DNA of 52,655 nucleotides, filler included, from Bipalium vagum (Eukaryota): NCBI GenBank assembly GCA_037834085.1. It is 3 parts of 3 records of this genome, joined end to end, with 100 filler letters (N's around TTAATTAATTAA, not from the genome) between each part and the next. Parts side by side here need not be neighbours in the genome. Positions count along the whole stretch, not along the records: positions 36,739 to 52,655 come from JBBMKC010138600.1; 2 more parts are not named here. One strand, 5' to 3'. Shown piece by piece: positions 38,962 to 51,130 of this stretch (position 1 is its first letter; each line of letters starts with the position of its first letter). The notes under the pieces were generated by a model. It saw only the letters and a program-made list of their open reading frames with translations, ran no database searches and was not told where the DNA came from. The position numbers and the translations under genes were made by a program.

Positions 38962-39492
38962 TTAACCATAGATGCCTTTTGAGGGAAAGGTCTTTGCTCC
39001 ACAAATCTTGAAGATGTTAAAAATATCTTGATATATTTTGTTCAAGTAGAGCTTTGATTTCAAAAACACTAAGTGGTTCTTTTTTCTGATAATGTCTTCA
39101 ACGAACCTGTCTACGTCTACTGAGTCAAGGGACACAACTTCAAAAACCGTATTTGTCCTCTTTTGTGTCAATATCATTTCTTTCAGAGACTCATAACAAT
39201 TTTTATGAAATTTACACATTCCATTTGTAGCGAATTTCACAATTTCATCCATTACCCTAGTTGCGGTGACGGTCTTTTTCTGAAATTCCGTTTCAAACTT
39301 TTTCAGTATGATAAACAAATTTGTGTTCTTTATCGAACTGACGACCATGAGGATATTGGAATCTTTATTCTTAGCCACAGTTGCCAGTTCACTTACATCA
39401 TTGATCTCTACTTCGATTTTACCATTGGTATTGATATATGAAATTGTTTTCTTCATAAAATTGTTTCTTATGATATTAACGGCCAGAGGGCA
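38962..39492 (-). CDS. Family A gene 1, exon 2 (uncharacterised ~176-aa domain)
   Basis: Acceptor TACATTTAG|TGC, in frame with ORF 38962-39456. Confidence 0.85.
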   Translation of the reverse strand, partial: CPLAVNIIRNNFMKKTISYINTNGKIEVEINDVSELATVAKNKDSNILMVVSSIKNTNLFIILKKFETEFQKKTVTATRVMDEIVKFATNGMCKFHKNCYESLKEMILTQKRTNTVFEVVSLDSVDVDRFVEDIIRKKNHLVFLKSKLYLNKIYQDIFNIFKICGAKTFPSKGIYG

Positions 39493-39537
39493 CTAAATGT
39501 AAACAGTCATTAACATTTAAACAATGAAAGAGCTCAC

Positions 39538-39816
39538 CATGTTTTTATATTTATTGTTGACGGTGTAAACAGCAACTGTAAAACATTTATCATTGGACTG
39601 GCATACCTCAGACTGTGCATAAATTAGACACAGTAAACTTTTCATGTCAAATTGAAAAGCGCTGCAATCGGTCAAGTGGCAGTTAATGGCGCATTCAATT
39701 TTCGATGACATAGCGAGTATCAGTCGAGCTGGCGACATACATTTCTGAGTAGATTGATAAAAGATATTCGACTCCACCATCAATATCATTAGAGCTAAAA
39801 ATAATTTAATCATCAT
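39538..39816 (-). CDS. Family A gene 1, exon 1 (signal peptide + PAN/Apple-like domain); spliced product 269 aa
   Basis: Leader MMIKLFLALMILMVES. SSKIECAINCHLTDCSAFQFDMKSLLCLIY fits the PAN core eC...C....C.af.f......C.l. Donor ATG|GTGAGC; 45-nt phase-0 intron 39537-39493. Confidence 0.85.
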
Positions 39817-40057
39817 ATTTCATAAAATGAAAAACGACTTTCTATTACATCTTTTATCCTGCTGGAAACGGGGAAGAGAGAAATTTTCTTCAATTTCGTT
39901 TTTGTTCGCTTACTCTGCTAGACAATTTGGCAACTGATTTAACCAGATAAAACAAACGTTTAATAAGATTTTTAATTGATGTGATAAATTTGGAAAACAA
40001 TTTGTGATTTAACGTGATTCAGTTCTTTCACATGTTCACACTTCCATAGCTCAGATA

Positions 40058-40510
40058 TTATGAAAAATCAATATTTTTTAAAAAATATCTGCTTCTCTTT
40101 TCAGTAGCAAGACCATCTCTACCCAGTAATAAAAAATATTTATTATCCTTAAAGTTCATCAATGGTTTCCGGATTGATCGAAACCCTCAGGTATCTTTAA
40201 TATTTTGTTTCTTGATACTCAATGAAATCTTACAGGAAACATTTAAGAAAAATATCAATTCTTAGAAGCTCTGGAGGACAATAGAAACATAAACCATGAG
40301 GGACGGAAGTTGATCGTGAATTCACTCCGTTGGAAAATAAGCATCCGTTTTGGTTTATTCATATGTATTCTTTCAGCATTATCCCAAGATGACCTGGTAC
40401 ACTCGTATTTTCAGGATATGATGGAATTATATAAAATTATCGACAATAAACGTGTTCCTTACATTTTAGGAGCTTATAATTGTGTATTGACCATTGTTGC
40501 ATAAGAATAT
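40058..40510 (-). pseudogene. Family B copy 1 (degenerate coding sequence upstream of A1)
   Basis: Reads INQNG..LPSLMVYVSIVLQSF*ELIFFLNVSCKISLSIKKQNIKDT*GFRSIRKPLMNFKDNKYFLLLGRDGLATEKRSRYFLKNIDFS*. Differences from the other copies include synonymous changes in this frame. Confidence 0.6.
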
Positions 40511-42132
40511 AAACAAGAAGAAATAATTTTTAAATAATCGAACTTTTGAAAAAAAGAATAATATTATAAAGACACAAATTTAAAATTATAATTTATAGAA
40601 TTATGGGAATGTGAATAAGAAAAGCTTTTATTTATCATCTGTTAAGTTTTGACCTAAAAAGATAATATAATATGAAAATGAAAATTAATATTTAATCGGG
40701 TTAAGAATATCGATAGTGGACTTTTTAGGAACTTAAGATAAAATATATGCAACTTCAGAAGGATTTAGTGTGCGTACGTTCGAAGTAAAAGTTTGAGTGA
40801 CAATAAAAATGTTGATTACTAAACTTGAACCTTTTAAACTTTAAAACAAATATCGATTGTAAAACGTTTTAACTTTTAAAACGAAAAACGATAAACTTCT
40901 TAAACAATAAACTTTTAATCGATCAACTAAAAGCTAACAAGTTGTTTTATAAAACGTTTTTATCTAACAACTTTATTCTTTAATACAATTTTACTTTGGA
41001 GTTAAAACCCGAGATAAAGAGTTAAGAGAAAAGTCAGATCACCCTTCGGTATCTTACTCTCAAGGGCCCTCAGATAAAAATTCGGTTCTCCTTCCTACTA
41101 TACTTGAAGAACACAAAAAAAGAAAATACTGGGAAATAAGAAAAAAGGTAACAATTATTTGATCCTAAGGTATTGAAGTAGCTGTCCAATTCTATTTAAT
41201 TAATTTAATTAATAACTTATAATTCGTAATTGAATTATAGTTTTTTAATTTTTATTACTATGTTTTATTTGAACATTGGTTCATCTGTGAGCAGTCTGAA
41301 GCCAAAAATTATTTTATATTTATTTATTTAATAATAAAAGTTTATTTAGCCTTGTAGTGAAATCTAATAAGCTTATCAAATAAAAATAACTTACTAATTA
41401 TTGAAGATTTCTCTTGAAAGCTGGTCACCGAGACGAATGATTTAATAGTTCGTTATTTATTCTAAATTAGAGTCTGCTGCTTTCCTCTGGCTATCTCTAC
41501 ACATCTACAATTCTAAAATTTATTTCATCAATCATCCTTACAATTACGGAATAATAAATTGAAAATTTTGTTTTTCTATAATTTTATACCCACTTCTAAC
41601 AGTGATTGCTGGTAAATCAAAAATGATATTTGTTTTTCTTACCATTAAAAAATGTTCCATTTACAACATAACAATCTATCATAATATTATTGATATTTGA
41701 AATATTAACTTTTTTAGAATAATGAATTCCTTCATTATACATTTTCAAAATTTCAAACCCTAAAAAATTAGCCAGTGAATTATCTTGAAGAAAATGAACT
41801 TCACATCATTTTACTTTTTTCATTATACAATTTCTTGAAACAGAAAAAGGTTTAATTTTTATGTAATATTCTTTATCAATGATTTTACCATTTAGACCTA
41901 CAGTCACTCTCAATAGTTTTAAAATTTTATGAAATTAGATTTGTTTTAATTTTAACCTTGAAATTTTATCACAAAGCTGATAATATTTTTTTTAAAAAAA
42001 ATAAATATCAACTTAATTTGATAAAAAGAAATAGATTTATGAAAGATTGGGATTGGTATATGAAAATGAACGTTATGAACGTCTTCAACGTCAATCTCTT
42101 CAAATTGTTATGTCAGGGTACGCTGTAGCGGA

Positions 42133-42133
<1 letters not shown>

Positions 42134-42176
<43 letters not shown>

Positions 42177-42183
42177 TATTATT
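42134..42183. repeat. (TTA)n microsatellite
   Basis: Read directly from the sequence; one interruption. Confidence 0.95.
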
Positions 42184-42449
42184 AGTATTATTTTTATATG
42201 TAACTAGGAAATCTTTGATATTCACAGTTGAAGAAAATAGTTACCCTTCACACTACTTAACAGGAATAGGAGTTGTCAGTATCTTATAAAGAGGCATTTA
42301 TTCTCATCATCTTTATACTTTAGTAAACAACTTTCCAAACCCATCAGCAAACACCCAGGTCACTCTAAAGGAAAAGAGCATCATAAGATTTATTTTAAGA
42401 CAACACTCAACGTTTTAACAATCAAAGATCATCACAAATGTTTCAAAAT

Positions 42450-42974
42450 TTAACGACAAATGCCTTTCGAAGGAAATGCCTTTGCTCCACAAACCTTAAA
42501 GACTTTGAAAATCTTTTGATATTCCTCTGTCAAATAAAGATCCGTCTTCAGAAACACCAGGTGATACTTGTTCCTGATGATATGGTCTAAGAACGTGTCT
42601 TGGTCCACAGAATCAAGAGAACCAGCTTCATAAACCGTGTTATTCTTATTCTGGGTTGATAAAATGTTCTCAATCGGTCCATAACAATTCTTATGACTTC
42701 TACAAGTTCCGTTGGTAGCGAATTTTACTATTTCATCAAGCACTTTTGTTCGGATGATGTTTTCCTCTAAAAACGTTCCAAAATACTTCAAAATAATAAA
42801 CAACCTTGTGCCCTCCAGGGAACTGACTATCATCAATATATTGGAATTGTCTGCAGCCACCGTTGCCAACTGACTTATATCAAGGAAATTAAGTTTTAAT
42901 TTACCGCTGGTATTGATATGAGAAATAGCTTTCCTGAGAAAAACATGTCTTTTTTTCTTTTCGCTCAGAGGACA
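42450..42974 (-). CDS. Family A gene 2, exon 2
   Basis: Acceptor TATATTCAG|TGT; colinear with gene 1 exon 2 (DEIVKFATNG, HKNCY, SLDSVD, HLVFLK, CGAK.FPSKGI). Confidence 0.85.
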   Translation of the reverse strand, partial: CPLSEKKKRHVFLRKAISHINTSGKLKLNFLDISQLATVAADNSNILMIVSSLEGTRLFIILKYFGTFLEENIIRTKVLDEIVKFATNGTCRSHKNCYGPIENILSTQNKNNTVYEAGSLDSVDQDTFLDHIIRNKYHLVFLKTDLYLTEEYQKIFKVFKVCGAKAFPSKGICR

Positions 42975-43018
42975 CTGAATATAAACAATCATCAACATAT
43001 GAGAAGTCAAAAACCCAC

Positions 43019-43294
43019 CACCTCTTTAAATTTATTGTTGACATACGTAGTGACTGTCCAACATTTCTCTTCGGATTGGCAAAACTCGGACAGTCCATAG
43101 ATAAAGCAAAGCATCTTTTCCAATTGAAATTGGAAAGCGGTGCAATCGGTCAGGTGACAATGGACGCTGCATTCAACAATGGATACTCCTGCAAGTGCAG
43201 GTGGATTCATTGACACACATTTCTCAGCCGATTGGTAAAACATATTCGACTCGACCATCGATATCACGAGAGCTAAAAATATTGTATTCGTCAT
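43019..43294 (-). CDS. Family A gene 2, exon 1 (signal peptide + PAN/Apple-like domain); spliced product 266 aa
   Basis: All seven exon-1 Cys are conserved with gene 1. Donor GTG|GTGGGT; 44-nt phase-0 intron 43018-42975. Confidence 0.85.
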
Positions 43295-43429
43295 TCCTCA
43301 TAAAATGAGAAAAGGTTTTTTTATTGCATCTTTTAATCTTCATGGCCGAAGGAGAGAAAATATTATCTGCCTCCATCTCATGTGTCGACTCAGGTCAGAA
43401 ATGTTGCAATGGATTTAACCAAAGAGAAA

Positions 43430-43720
43430 AAAACATTTGAGAACAATATCAATCTCGATAAGCTCTTCAGAACGTTGGGAACATAAACAATGGGAGACGG
43501 AAGAGGATTGTGATTCCACTCGTTGTTAAAGAAGCTTCCGTTTTTGTTTATTTATTCCCTACCTCAACCAATGTTACCCACAATGTTACATGGAAACAAT
43601 TGTATTGACAAGATACATCTAGAGTGTTACCATGATGTTAATATAATAATGATATCAGTGGTATAGAGAATGATAGTGTTAAAATAAGCTTTACATTTCT
43701 GGTAAAGTTTTCATGATAAT
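43430..43720 (-). pseudogene. Family B copy 2 (3' part deleted)
   Basis: Reads INKNGSFFNNEWNHNPLPSPIVYVPNVLKSLSRLILFSNV; homologous to 40237-40400. Confidence 0.55.
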
Positions 43721-43994
43721 ATTATATCTGGAAAGGCCGTTGATCTTTAAGAATAAGAAGAAGAAGAAGTACTCAATGAAGTTAACTGATCTTTGCATTT
43801 ACAATTTTAAAATAATTTTTCTGTAGAGTGGTATAAAGGTGACATTTTCAAATTTGAGATATCAACAATAATATAAATGTAAATAATGACGTCATAGGTC
43901 GATGAATTAAAATATATTCGTTAATTTTTAAAGTGCAGTATTATGTCAGTGTGAAAGATCCAAGGTGATTCTCCAATTGTTTATATCAATGCAA

Positions 43995-44651
43995 CAGAAA
44001 GACCAGTGGTACTTGTTCCTGATACTGATTACCGAAGCAATGAAACAGCTTCCAAAGCCGTAATTTTCCCTTTCTTTATCGGGAAAGTGCTTTCATGACA
44101 ATTTTTATATATTTTAACGTTCCATTTCTAGAGAATACCCCAATCTCATTAAGTACCCTAATTTCAGTGGTGGTCATTTTCTCTAATACCCTTTCAAACA
44201 TTAAATAGCATAACCAAATTTGTGCTTTCCATTGAACTGACCACCATAAAGGTATTGGAATCTCTCTCAATAGCTACCGATGTGGGTTCATTTAAATCAA
44301 AGATCTCAATGTCGAATTTATCATCGGTATTGACACGGGGAATTGTTTTACTTACAAAAATATGTCTTGTAATATTAAAGAAATTCGACCATGTTTTTAT
44401 ATTTATTTTTGACGAAGAAAATTTTAACATTAAAACCTTATCATTAGACTGGCACACATCAGACGGTGCATAAACAAAACAAAGTAAACTTTAATCTCGG
44501 CGCAATCGGTCAAGTGACAGTGAACGTCGCATTCAATTTTAAATGACATTGCGGGCATCGGTAGAGTATTAGACATACATTTCTCAGCCGATTGGTAAAA
44601 GATATTCGTATCGACAATCGATATCATTAGAGCTAAAAATAATTTAGTCAT
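43995..44651 (-). pseudogene. Family A copy 3, pseudogene
   Basis: Reads MTKLFLALMISIVDTNIFYQSAEKCMS..IECDVHCHLTDC, then frameshifts, a deletion across the intron/exon 2 junction and an in-frame TGA. Confidence 0.85.
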
Positions 44652-44929
44652 CTCTCTTCAAAAAATGAGAAAAGACCTTTTATTTCATTTTTCATCCTGT
44701 ATGAAAGAGGAAAGGGAATTTTTTCTTTTTTTTTGGTGTGTTTACTCCAGTCAGAAAGTTTCCATTGGTTTTTCACATAAAACAAATATTTGATGAGATT
44801 TGTAATTGCTGAGATAACATTGAAAAGATTTAGTTTTCCTTGCGATCTTTGTTTCAACTTTAAAAATTTATAACGAGATTTAAATTATTTTCATTTTCAC
44901 TGTTCCACAGCACTGATTATACAGAGATA

Positions 44930-45420
44930 TAATAAATATCGTAAATATTCGTAATATATATCGTAAAGAGAATATCTGCTTCTCTCTTTAGTACTAAGAC
45001 TGTCTCTACCTTGAAATAAGAAATATTTATTATCCCTAAAGTTCACCAATGGTTTCTGAGTTGAAGAACACCCTGAAGTATCTTCAATATTCTGTTTCGT
45101 AATACGGAATGAAATCCTTTAGGAAACATTAAAGAACAATGAAAAGTCGTAAGAGCTCTGGAGGCCAATGTAAAAATAAACAATGAGAGAAATACACTCC
45201 TTGTAGAAATATACTTCCGTTTTCATTTATTTGTTCGTATTCTATCAGTGTTACTCCAACGTGGTAACCCTCGTATTGACCAGGTATGGCAAGAATATGG
45301 GGATAATTTCCATATTATAAACAATAAACCTTTCTCTGAACGTGTTCCTTAGATTGAGGAGCTTTACAAAAGTGTATTGACCAATGTTTCCTTATGTTCC
45401 CAAGAGAATACAAATAAATG
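44930..45420 (-). pseudogene. Family B copy 3
   Basis: Reads ISFRITKQNIEDTSGCSSTQKPLVNFRDNKYFLFQGRDSLSTKERSRY; its stops fall at different positions from copy 1. Confidence 0.6.
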
Positions 45421-45770
45421 TTATGAATTTAAATAATAATATAATAAATAAATAAATAATAATAATAGTAATAAAGTACATATTTGTGTCAGAGCAATGC
45501 AAATAGTATGAGAAATAATCATAAATTTAATTATTTATTTCATTAATTATTATTCTAAAGGTTCCAATAAAAGGGATACATAATTGAGAATGAAATTTTA
45601 TCACAATACCCACCATAATATGTTAAATATTTTAATAATAATATGTGTATAATAAACAATATATTTTGTAATATGCTCATGTCCACATAACATATAAAGG
45701 GGTGTTGGGTTTTTTACTAATCAAATGTTGAATGAATGTTTATATTCATCGTTCTCTGATCGATAATATC

Positions 45771-46105
45771 CAAAGACATGTTCTTCTAAAGAAAACGATC
45801 TCTCATATCAACCCTTGATATAAGTGAATGGGCATCGTTGGGTACAGATAGCGAATCCAACATCTTCATGATAGTAGGTTCAGTGGAGGGCACAAGGTTG
45901 TTTATCTTTTGGCAATATTTGCAAAGTTATTAGTGAAAAAGACCACCAATCAAACGAGGTGCTTGTTGAAATTGTGAAGTGCGCAACCCACGGAACTTGC
46001 AGAAGTCATAAGAATTGTTATACGGTTTATGAAGTTGGTTCTCTTGATTCGGTGGACCACGACACGTTCGTAAATCATCAGGAACAAATATCACTTGGAG
46101 TTTCT
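45771..46105 (+). pseudogene. Family A exon-2 fragment, inverted
   Basis: Reads RHVLLKKTISHIN..SNIFMIVGSVEGTRLFI..EIVKCATHGTCRSHKNCY..VYEVGSLDSVDHDTF; closest to gene 2. Confidence 0.85.
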
Positions 46106-47867
46106 GAAGTCGGATCTTATCATTTTATTATGATTGGGAATATTTTGCAAAACAATCTCTCCTTTAATTAAAATATTTATTTATAATAAAAGATAAAAAT
46201 GAATTTTAAAAGTTTATAAATTATTTTCGGTCTGTAGATAAAGTTCAATTAAATAAGCAAAGTCGGTTTGTTTTAATATTTCAATATAATTGCTTGGCGT
46301 GGTGTACAAATTTAATTAGCTCGCTTCAAGGTCAATATCAACTGATCAAATGTAAGTTTATTTTTGTCTAATATAAAGTATTATGTATATATAATCAATT
46401 ATTATTATGTATTATATTAATATATATAAATTTATTTAAATTATTTTTTTATTATTTATTATTTTTATTATTATTATTATTATTATATAACATGTTAAAA
46501 ATAAAAAATAATAATTTTATTGTTCAAAAATATATTATTATTATATTGCGATTTGCAGTATTATATATTTTCATTATTATTATTATTATTATTATTTGTT
46601 TTTATTCAAATATTGACTTGTTTCTGGGGCAGTTACGAAACATTCTATGCAAAGTGAGTCAAGCAGAATTTATGCTAATTTTTGTCAAATAAGTCAACTT
46701 AGGGAAGTGTTGGTGGGTTTACATTGGGGTTTTAATAAATTTATTCATGTTGAATGTATTTGCCAAAGCCCAGTGAACGTGGAAGATGTTTTGAAATGAG
46801 AATTATTATGCAAAAGAAAATCGTGGAAGGTGTTATAAAACAGTGGTTCAATTGAATAATTATTTGTGAGAAGGAACAAGTCCAATGGAAATTGTAATTC
46901 TTTATTTCTTCTTTATACAATAATGAAATCTGTTCAGAATTTACTGATGTCACTGTCACTTTTGATAACCAATTCGGTGTTATCTGGCGGAGATTTGAAC
47001 AGCTGTAACAGAGCTCGTGTAAACTATCATATTAATGTTTATTTAAGGTTTTCTAGAAGGATTTGAAATTCCAAAAGATGGAGGTACGAAAGACTGTTGC
47101 TTTTCAGAAATCTATGAACGAAAAGACCCAAATGCTGAAACCCCCTTATATTGCGCAAGCACGCTGAAATTCGATAAAGACAAATTCCTTAAATTGTACG
47201 AAAATGTGACAATAAATTCGATTTCATAATTAGTAACACTTTTCTTACTAGATAAGCAAGTTTGGATGAATCTAGTAAAAGTTATACATCCCATGAGACC
47301 TTGGAAAAGACAAACTGCAGTTATTAGAGTGGGTTGCAGATTTTGAGGTAGTTTTGGATGTTTAGCATTACAGCACTTTTTAAGCTCTGTACGCTTTCCT
47401 TTCACTCTCGTAAAAGCCGAAGATTAAACAGTGAAATTTATATTAACACTTATGTATTATAATTCAATCCCATTATCAACACTGAACGTTTCATTATCGA
47501 GACTGAAAAAATAAAAATTCTAAAGGCAAAATTTGGAAAATTTTATCAATATTGTTATAGAAATATTAAAAAGTGTTACATTTTCTTTCAATCACATAAA
47601 CTCCGCACAGGAACGAACGAGGAGATTAATGTGTTTTTTGAAAGATCAAAGAAGAATTCAAAACATTTCTCAGGGATCTTCACATTATAATATGAGCCTT
47701 TTTTCATAAATAACTTCTTTCATATTTTCAAACACTGTGCAAGGATTAAATTTTTATTAATATTAAATAAAAAATGATAAATATTTTTAAAGTAATATAC
47801 CAAAATTTAATCCTTATTGTAAAAGATTTTTAATAATTTGACTAAATTTAAATCTTAAAATTATATA

Positions 47868-48095
47868 TCAGGTCAGCCTATAAGTTCGTGCGTATTAATA
47901 AATATTATGTAAATATAAAAATAAAAAGCAAATGAAATCGATATGAAACATTGATTCATGGAAATAATTACCATCGCTTTCTACAATCTTTTTCCACCTG
48001 TCAGGAAGATTTTTTTAAAACCATCTGCATAAAATGATAAAGGTTTTGAAGCAAAAAGATATAATGCAATACGCACGAATTATGGACTGACCTGA
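47868..48095. mobile_element. mariner-derived MITE (228 bp)
   Basis: TA|TCAGGTCAGCCTATAAGTTCGTGCGTATT ... AATACGCACGAATTATGGACTGACCTGA|TA. The interior is a mariner C-terminus on the minus strand (FASKPLSFYADG..LPDRWKKIVESDGNYF). Confidence 0.9.
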
Positions 48096-48899
48096 TATTA
48101 TAAAAAATTAATTTTAATAAAAGTTTTAGATAATTAATTTGTTTAAATAAAGGATTAACAGAGGACACTTATTAAAACTGTTGTTTTCCTTCAAATAAAA
48201 ATGTTTCCAAATCTCGAGTTTACGAATTCTGGAACTTTGATAACGTCACGGTAACTAACACACTGATTTCCATATTAAAGCTTCAAAAAAAATTTCTGTG
48301 CTGTTATAGTATTATGTATACATATAAACTAACAGGTGAATGGATTTTTCCCCTAAATTGCGCATTAAATAAAGAACATTAAGCTACTTTTCAAAAATTG
48401 GTTTTTTATCACAAATCAATTATATAAACAAATAATTTAAATTATTATCTAACATCCCTCTTAATTAACGTTTTCACATCTTCTCCACATTACACTCCAG
48501 GATTCCGTCTAGCTCATTTTGGATTTTATATTCCCTTATTTTTTTCTATTTTTAGCTTTAATTTAATAAATTTTAAATTAATTAAAAAATATTATTTATT
48601 GGTGCACAAAGAATTTGTTATTGAGAACATTTCATCTTTAACAATGTTCTTGTTGTATTCCCACAGGTCTACAGATTTTCATTAACATCCATTCCCGTAT
48701 TAATTAAAACAAAAAATAATAATAATCAACAATAAGAAGGCACAATCTCATTCTCTGCAGTAATCAATGCAGCTGCTGTTATTAATATTTCATTAAAGAC
48801 TTGTTCTATTTCTTCTTTCCCCTTTGTTTTTCAACTTTTTAAAAATCAATATTTCTTTCTTTCTATTTTGCTTAATTTATTCATACTGCTACCATGCAC

Positions 48900-49240
48900 C
48901 ATGTTCCAGGAAGGCAAAAATTTGCAAATATCCTGATAGAAAAGAAAAACATTTCTCTCAAGAAAGAGAGTTCAATATGCTTGTAAAAAGAAATAAGAAT
49001 TTCATTTTTTTTGTTTGAAAATACTAAGATATTTGTTTTAATATTACTTTTCCTCTTCATTTTAATACTCATCGATCCGATGAGTCATCAATAATTGAGT
49101 GTGCCCTCAATTGCTTTATGAAAGATTGCAAAGCTTTTCAATTCGACGTCGTTACTTTTGTGCCAATATCTTGAAATATGTCAATCTAAGACCGATTGTT
49201 CAAAAGTGAAAATAAATAAAAATAAATTTAATAATATTGT
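48900..49240 (+). pseudogene. Family A upstream region + exon-1 fragment, inverted
   Basis: Reads SSIIECALNCFMKDCKAFQFDV..EICQSKTDCSKV..NKFNN at ~49085-49235. Confidence 0.7.
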
Positions 49241-49289
49241 TAAATATTTAGTGCATCAAATTTAGGAAAATCTATAAAAATTTTATAAT

Positions 49290-50130
49290 ATAAAAAAATT
49301 ATAAAATTTAATAATAATAATGTTAAATTCAAATAAAATTAAAATATAATGTTCCAATTAAAGAAATATTACTAAATTAATTAATTTTAAGAAATACTTT
49401 ATTAATAGAAGGAAAGGATAAAGAAAAAAAATCTTGTGGTTTATCTTCCGCTAAAACGCCCTAGTCCTCGTCTGAGCCATGACGGTTGCTCATCGACAAC
49501 TCGCTAATGGATAATTTCTAGCGTAGTCTTAACACTGAAATAAGCGTAGTAATACTTGGTTTAAAAATATTTTTTTGAGTTGGACAATAGTTCTGCCTTC
49601 GTAAATTGGGACTTTGATTTCCTTCGGAACAATCCTCTTCAAAATCCTTTGTTATCAGACTTCTCTAATAAATCTTTATCAATCTTTTTTAATCAATCTT
49701 TATAATATTCATCGTATTCAAAATTTTTCATAATCGTCTTCCTGACTAGCTATAACTATAAGCACGATTTCTGAGGGTGAACTTATGCTTAAATTTGTCT
49801 GGTTATATTCTTTTCTCAAACTAATCTTCATTTGGTGATTATTCTTGAAATAATCTCAAAATTAATCTTAAAATTCAAAAACTTTTATTAAAACTCTAAA
49901 ATTCCCTAAAACTTTTTTCTGTTGACCATTTATATTTAAAAATTACCTCTTTTGGAATTCTTTTAAAAATAAAAATTACTTTTTGAGGGCTGTTTTATTT
50001 TTATAAGTATTTAAAATAAAAATATCTGGGAATTTTAATTGTTTTTCCATAGTTAATTAACTTTAATTATTAATATTATTATAATGATTATTATTTTTCC
50101 TTGGTTTTATTTTCCCAGGGGGCTGTCTTT
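49290..50130 (-). mobile_element. Diverged relative of LTR-like family X
   Basis: Minus strand starts AGACAGCC..GAAAAATAATAAT like copy 3. TATAAA at ~49940, purine-rich leader, GC-rich stem-loop ~49447-49525, T-rich tail. Confidence 0.4.
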
Positions 50131-50559
50131 GGTAAAACGAACAAATATTTGGCTGTAACTTGTTAAAACGAAGTTAAGTGCGAATTGAATGAGAAAATCA
50201 TGAGCTTATATACTCCTGATTTTCACATTCCTGATCTCTTGATTGGTGGAAAATAAAACTTTCCATTAATAGAATAAAATGGGGTTTTTTGCTATTTTAG
50301 GAAAGTTCTTATATTATAGAGCTTACTAAATATAGCCTCTCTCATATTATTATTTTTTCATATTAATGTATTCTTTAATCTTGAGAACAATTCAATCATG
50401 AGCAATAAGAGAGGAATGAGGATTCTGAATTCAAATATACTTCCTTTTTTGTTACATGTTCCGCCTATGTAACTGATAACATTACGTTGTAACATGGGTA
50501 TTGCAAAGGTATTCTAACAATGGTAAAATTATTTAAAAACCATAGAAAGATTCGAATTG

Positions 50560-51130
50560 ACAATTCTTGTTCTCCTCTCGGTCTATTGCTATTATGGATA
50601 CATCGTAAGTAATATATACACCTATCCTAAATAAACACCTAATGAGATGACTACAAGTATAAAAATTACTGATTTAAGAACAGATACGCCGAACACAATG
50701 GTAAGCTCAAATTTACAATTGAGTTACATAGAAAACCACTGCATGTGTGCTGGACGGACATTATTGGTGCTTTTGGCCCCGAACCATATGAGTTGCTGTG
50801 GATTACCCTATCAAAAATGAACTAAAAAGTGATTTGATAAAATTATTAAGTCAGGTTTTAGAAAAATGACGACTATCTTTAGTGCAGTTCAACTACTACT
50901 GATTGTATCCCAGTCCTGAAAGGGGTCAAACAGGGGTACCGTTTATCTATGTACATTTTGTGTATCAGCTTAAACTTTATCCTTGAGATGAGCTGTAAAA
51001 AGTGAATCAACTGGATATTTTTGACCTCAAAATCCCAGGATTGGTATACGTTGATGATCTGGTGTTATTTCTATAAAGTTCTGAATGGAAACTTTGGTTG
51101 ACTATTAAGATTAACATTAAAAAAGCTCTT
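50560..51130 (+). mobile_element. non-LTR retrotransposon RT relic
   Basis: Reads DIIGAFGPEPYELLWITL, IPVLKGVKQGYRLSMYILCISLNFIL and IPGLVYVDDLVL (the GV.QG and YADD motifs). Confidence 0.85.

Noticed and set aside
40058-40400. Alternative genetic code (TAA read as Gln) suggested by one stop-rich frame
   Set aside because: That was the wrong frame. Intact genes in the window end normally at TAA.
40083-40504. Plus-strand micro-exon or divergent gene, including ORF 40310-40504
   Set aside because: Synonymous substitution patterns among copies support the minus-strand frame; the plus-strand frames are not conserved.
42047-42289. Poly-Leu membrane protein ORF
   Set aside because: Produced by the (TTA)n microsatellite.
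38962-43294. Reading each family A locus as two separate ORFs (operon or toxin-antitoxin-like pair)
   Set aside because: Canonical 44-45 nt phase-0 GT-AG introns join them in frame in both copies.
46630-47500. Coding-like region with ORFs 46741-47405
   Set aside because: Only faint integrase-like hints (SLDNETFSVDNGIEL); too degraded to call.
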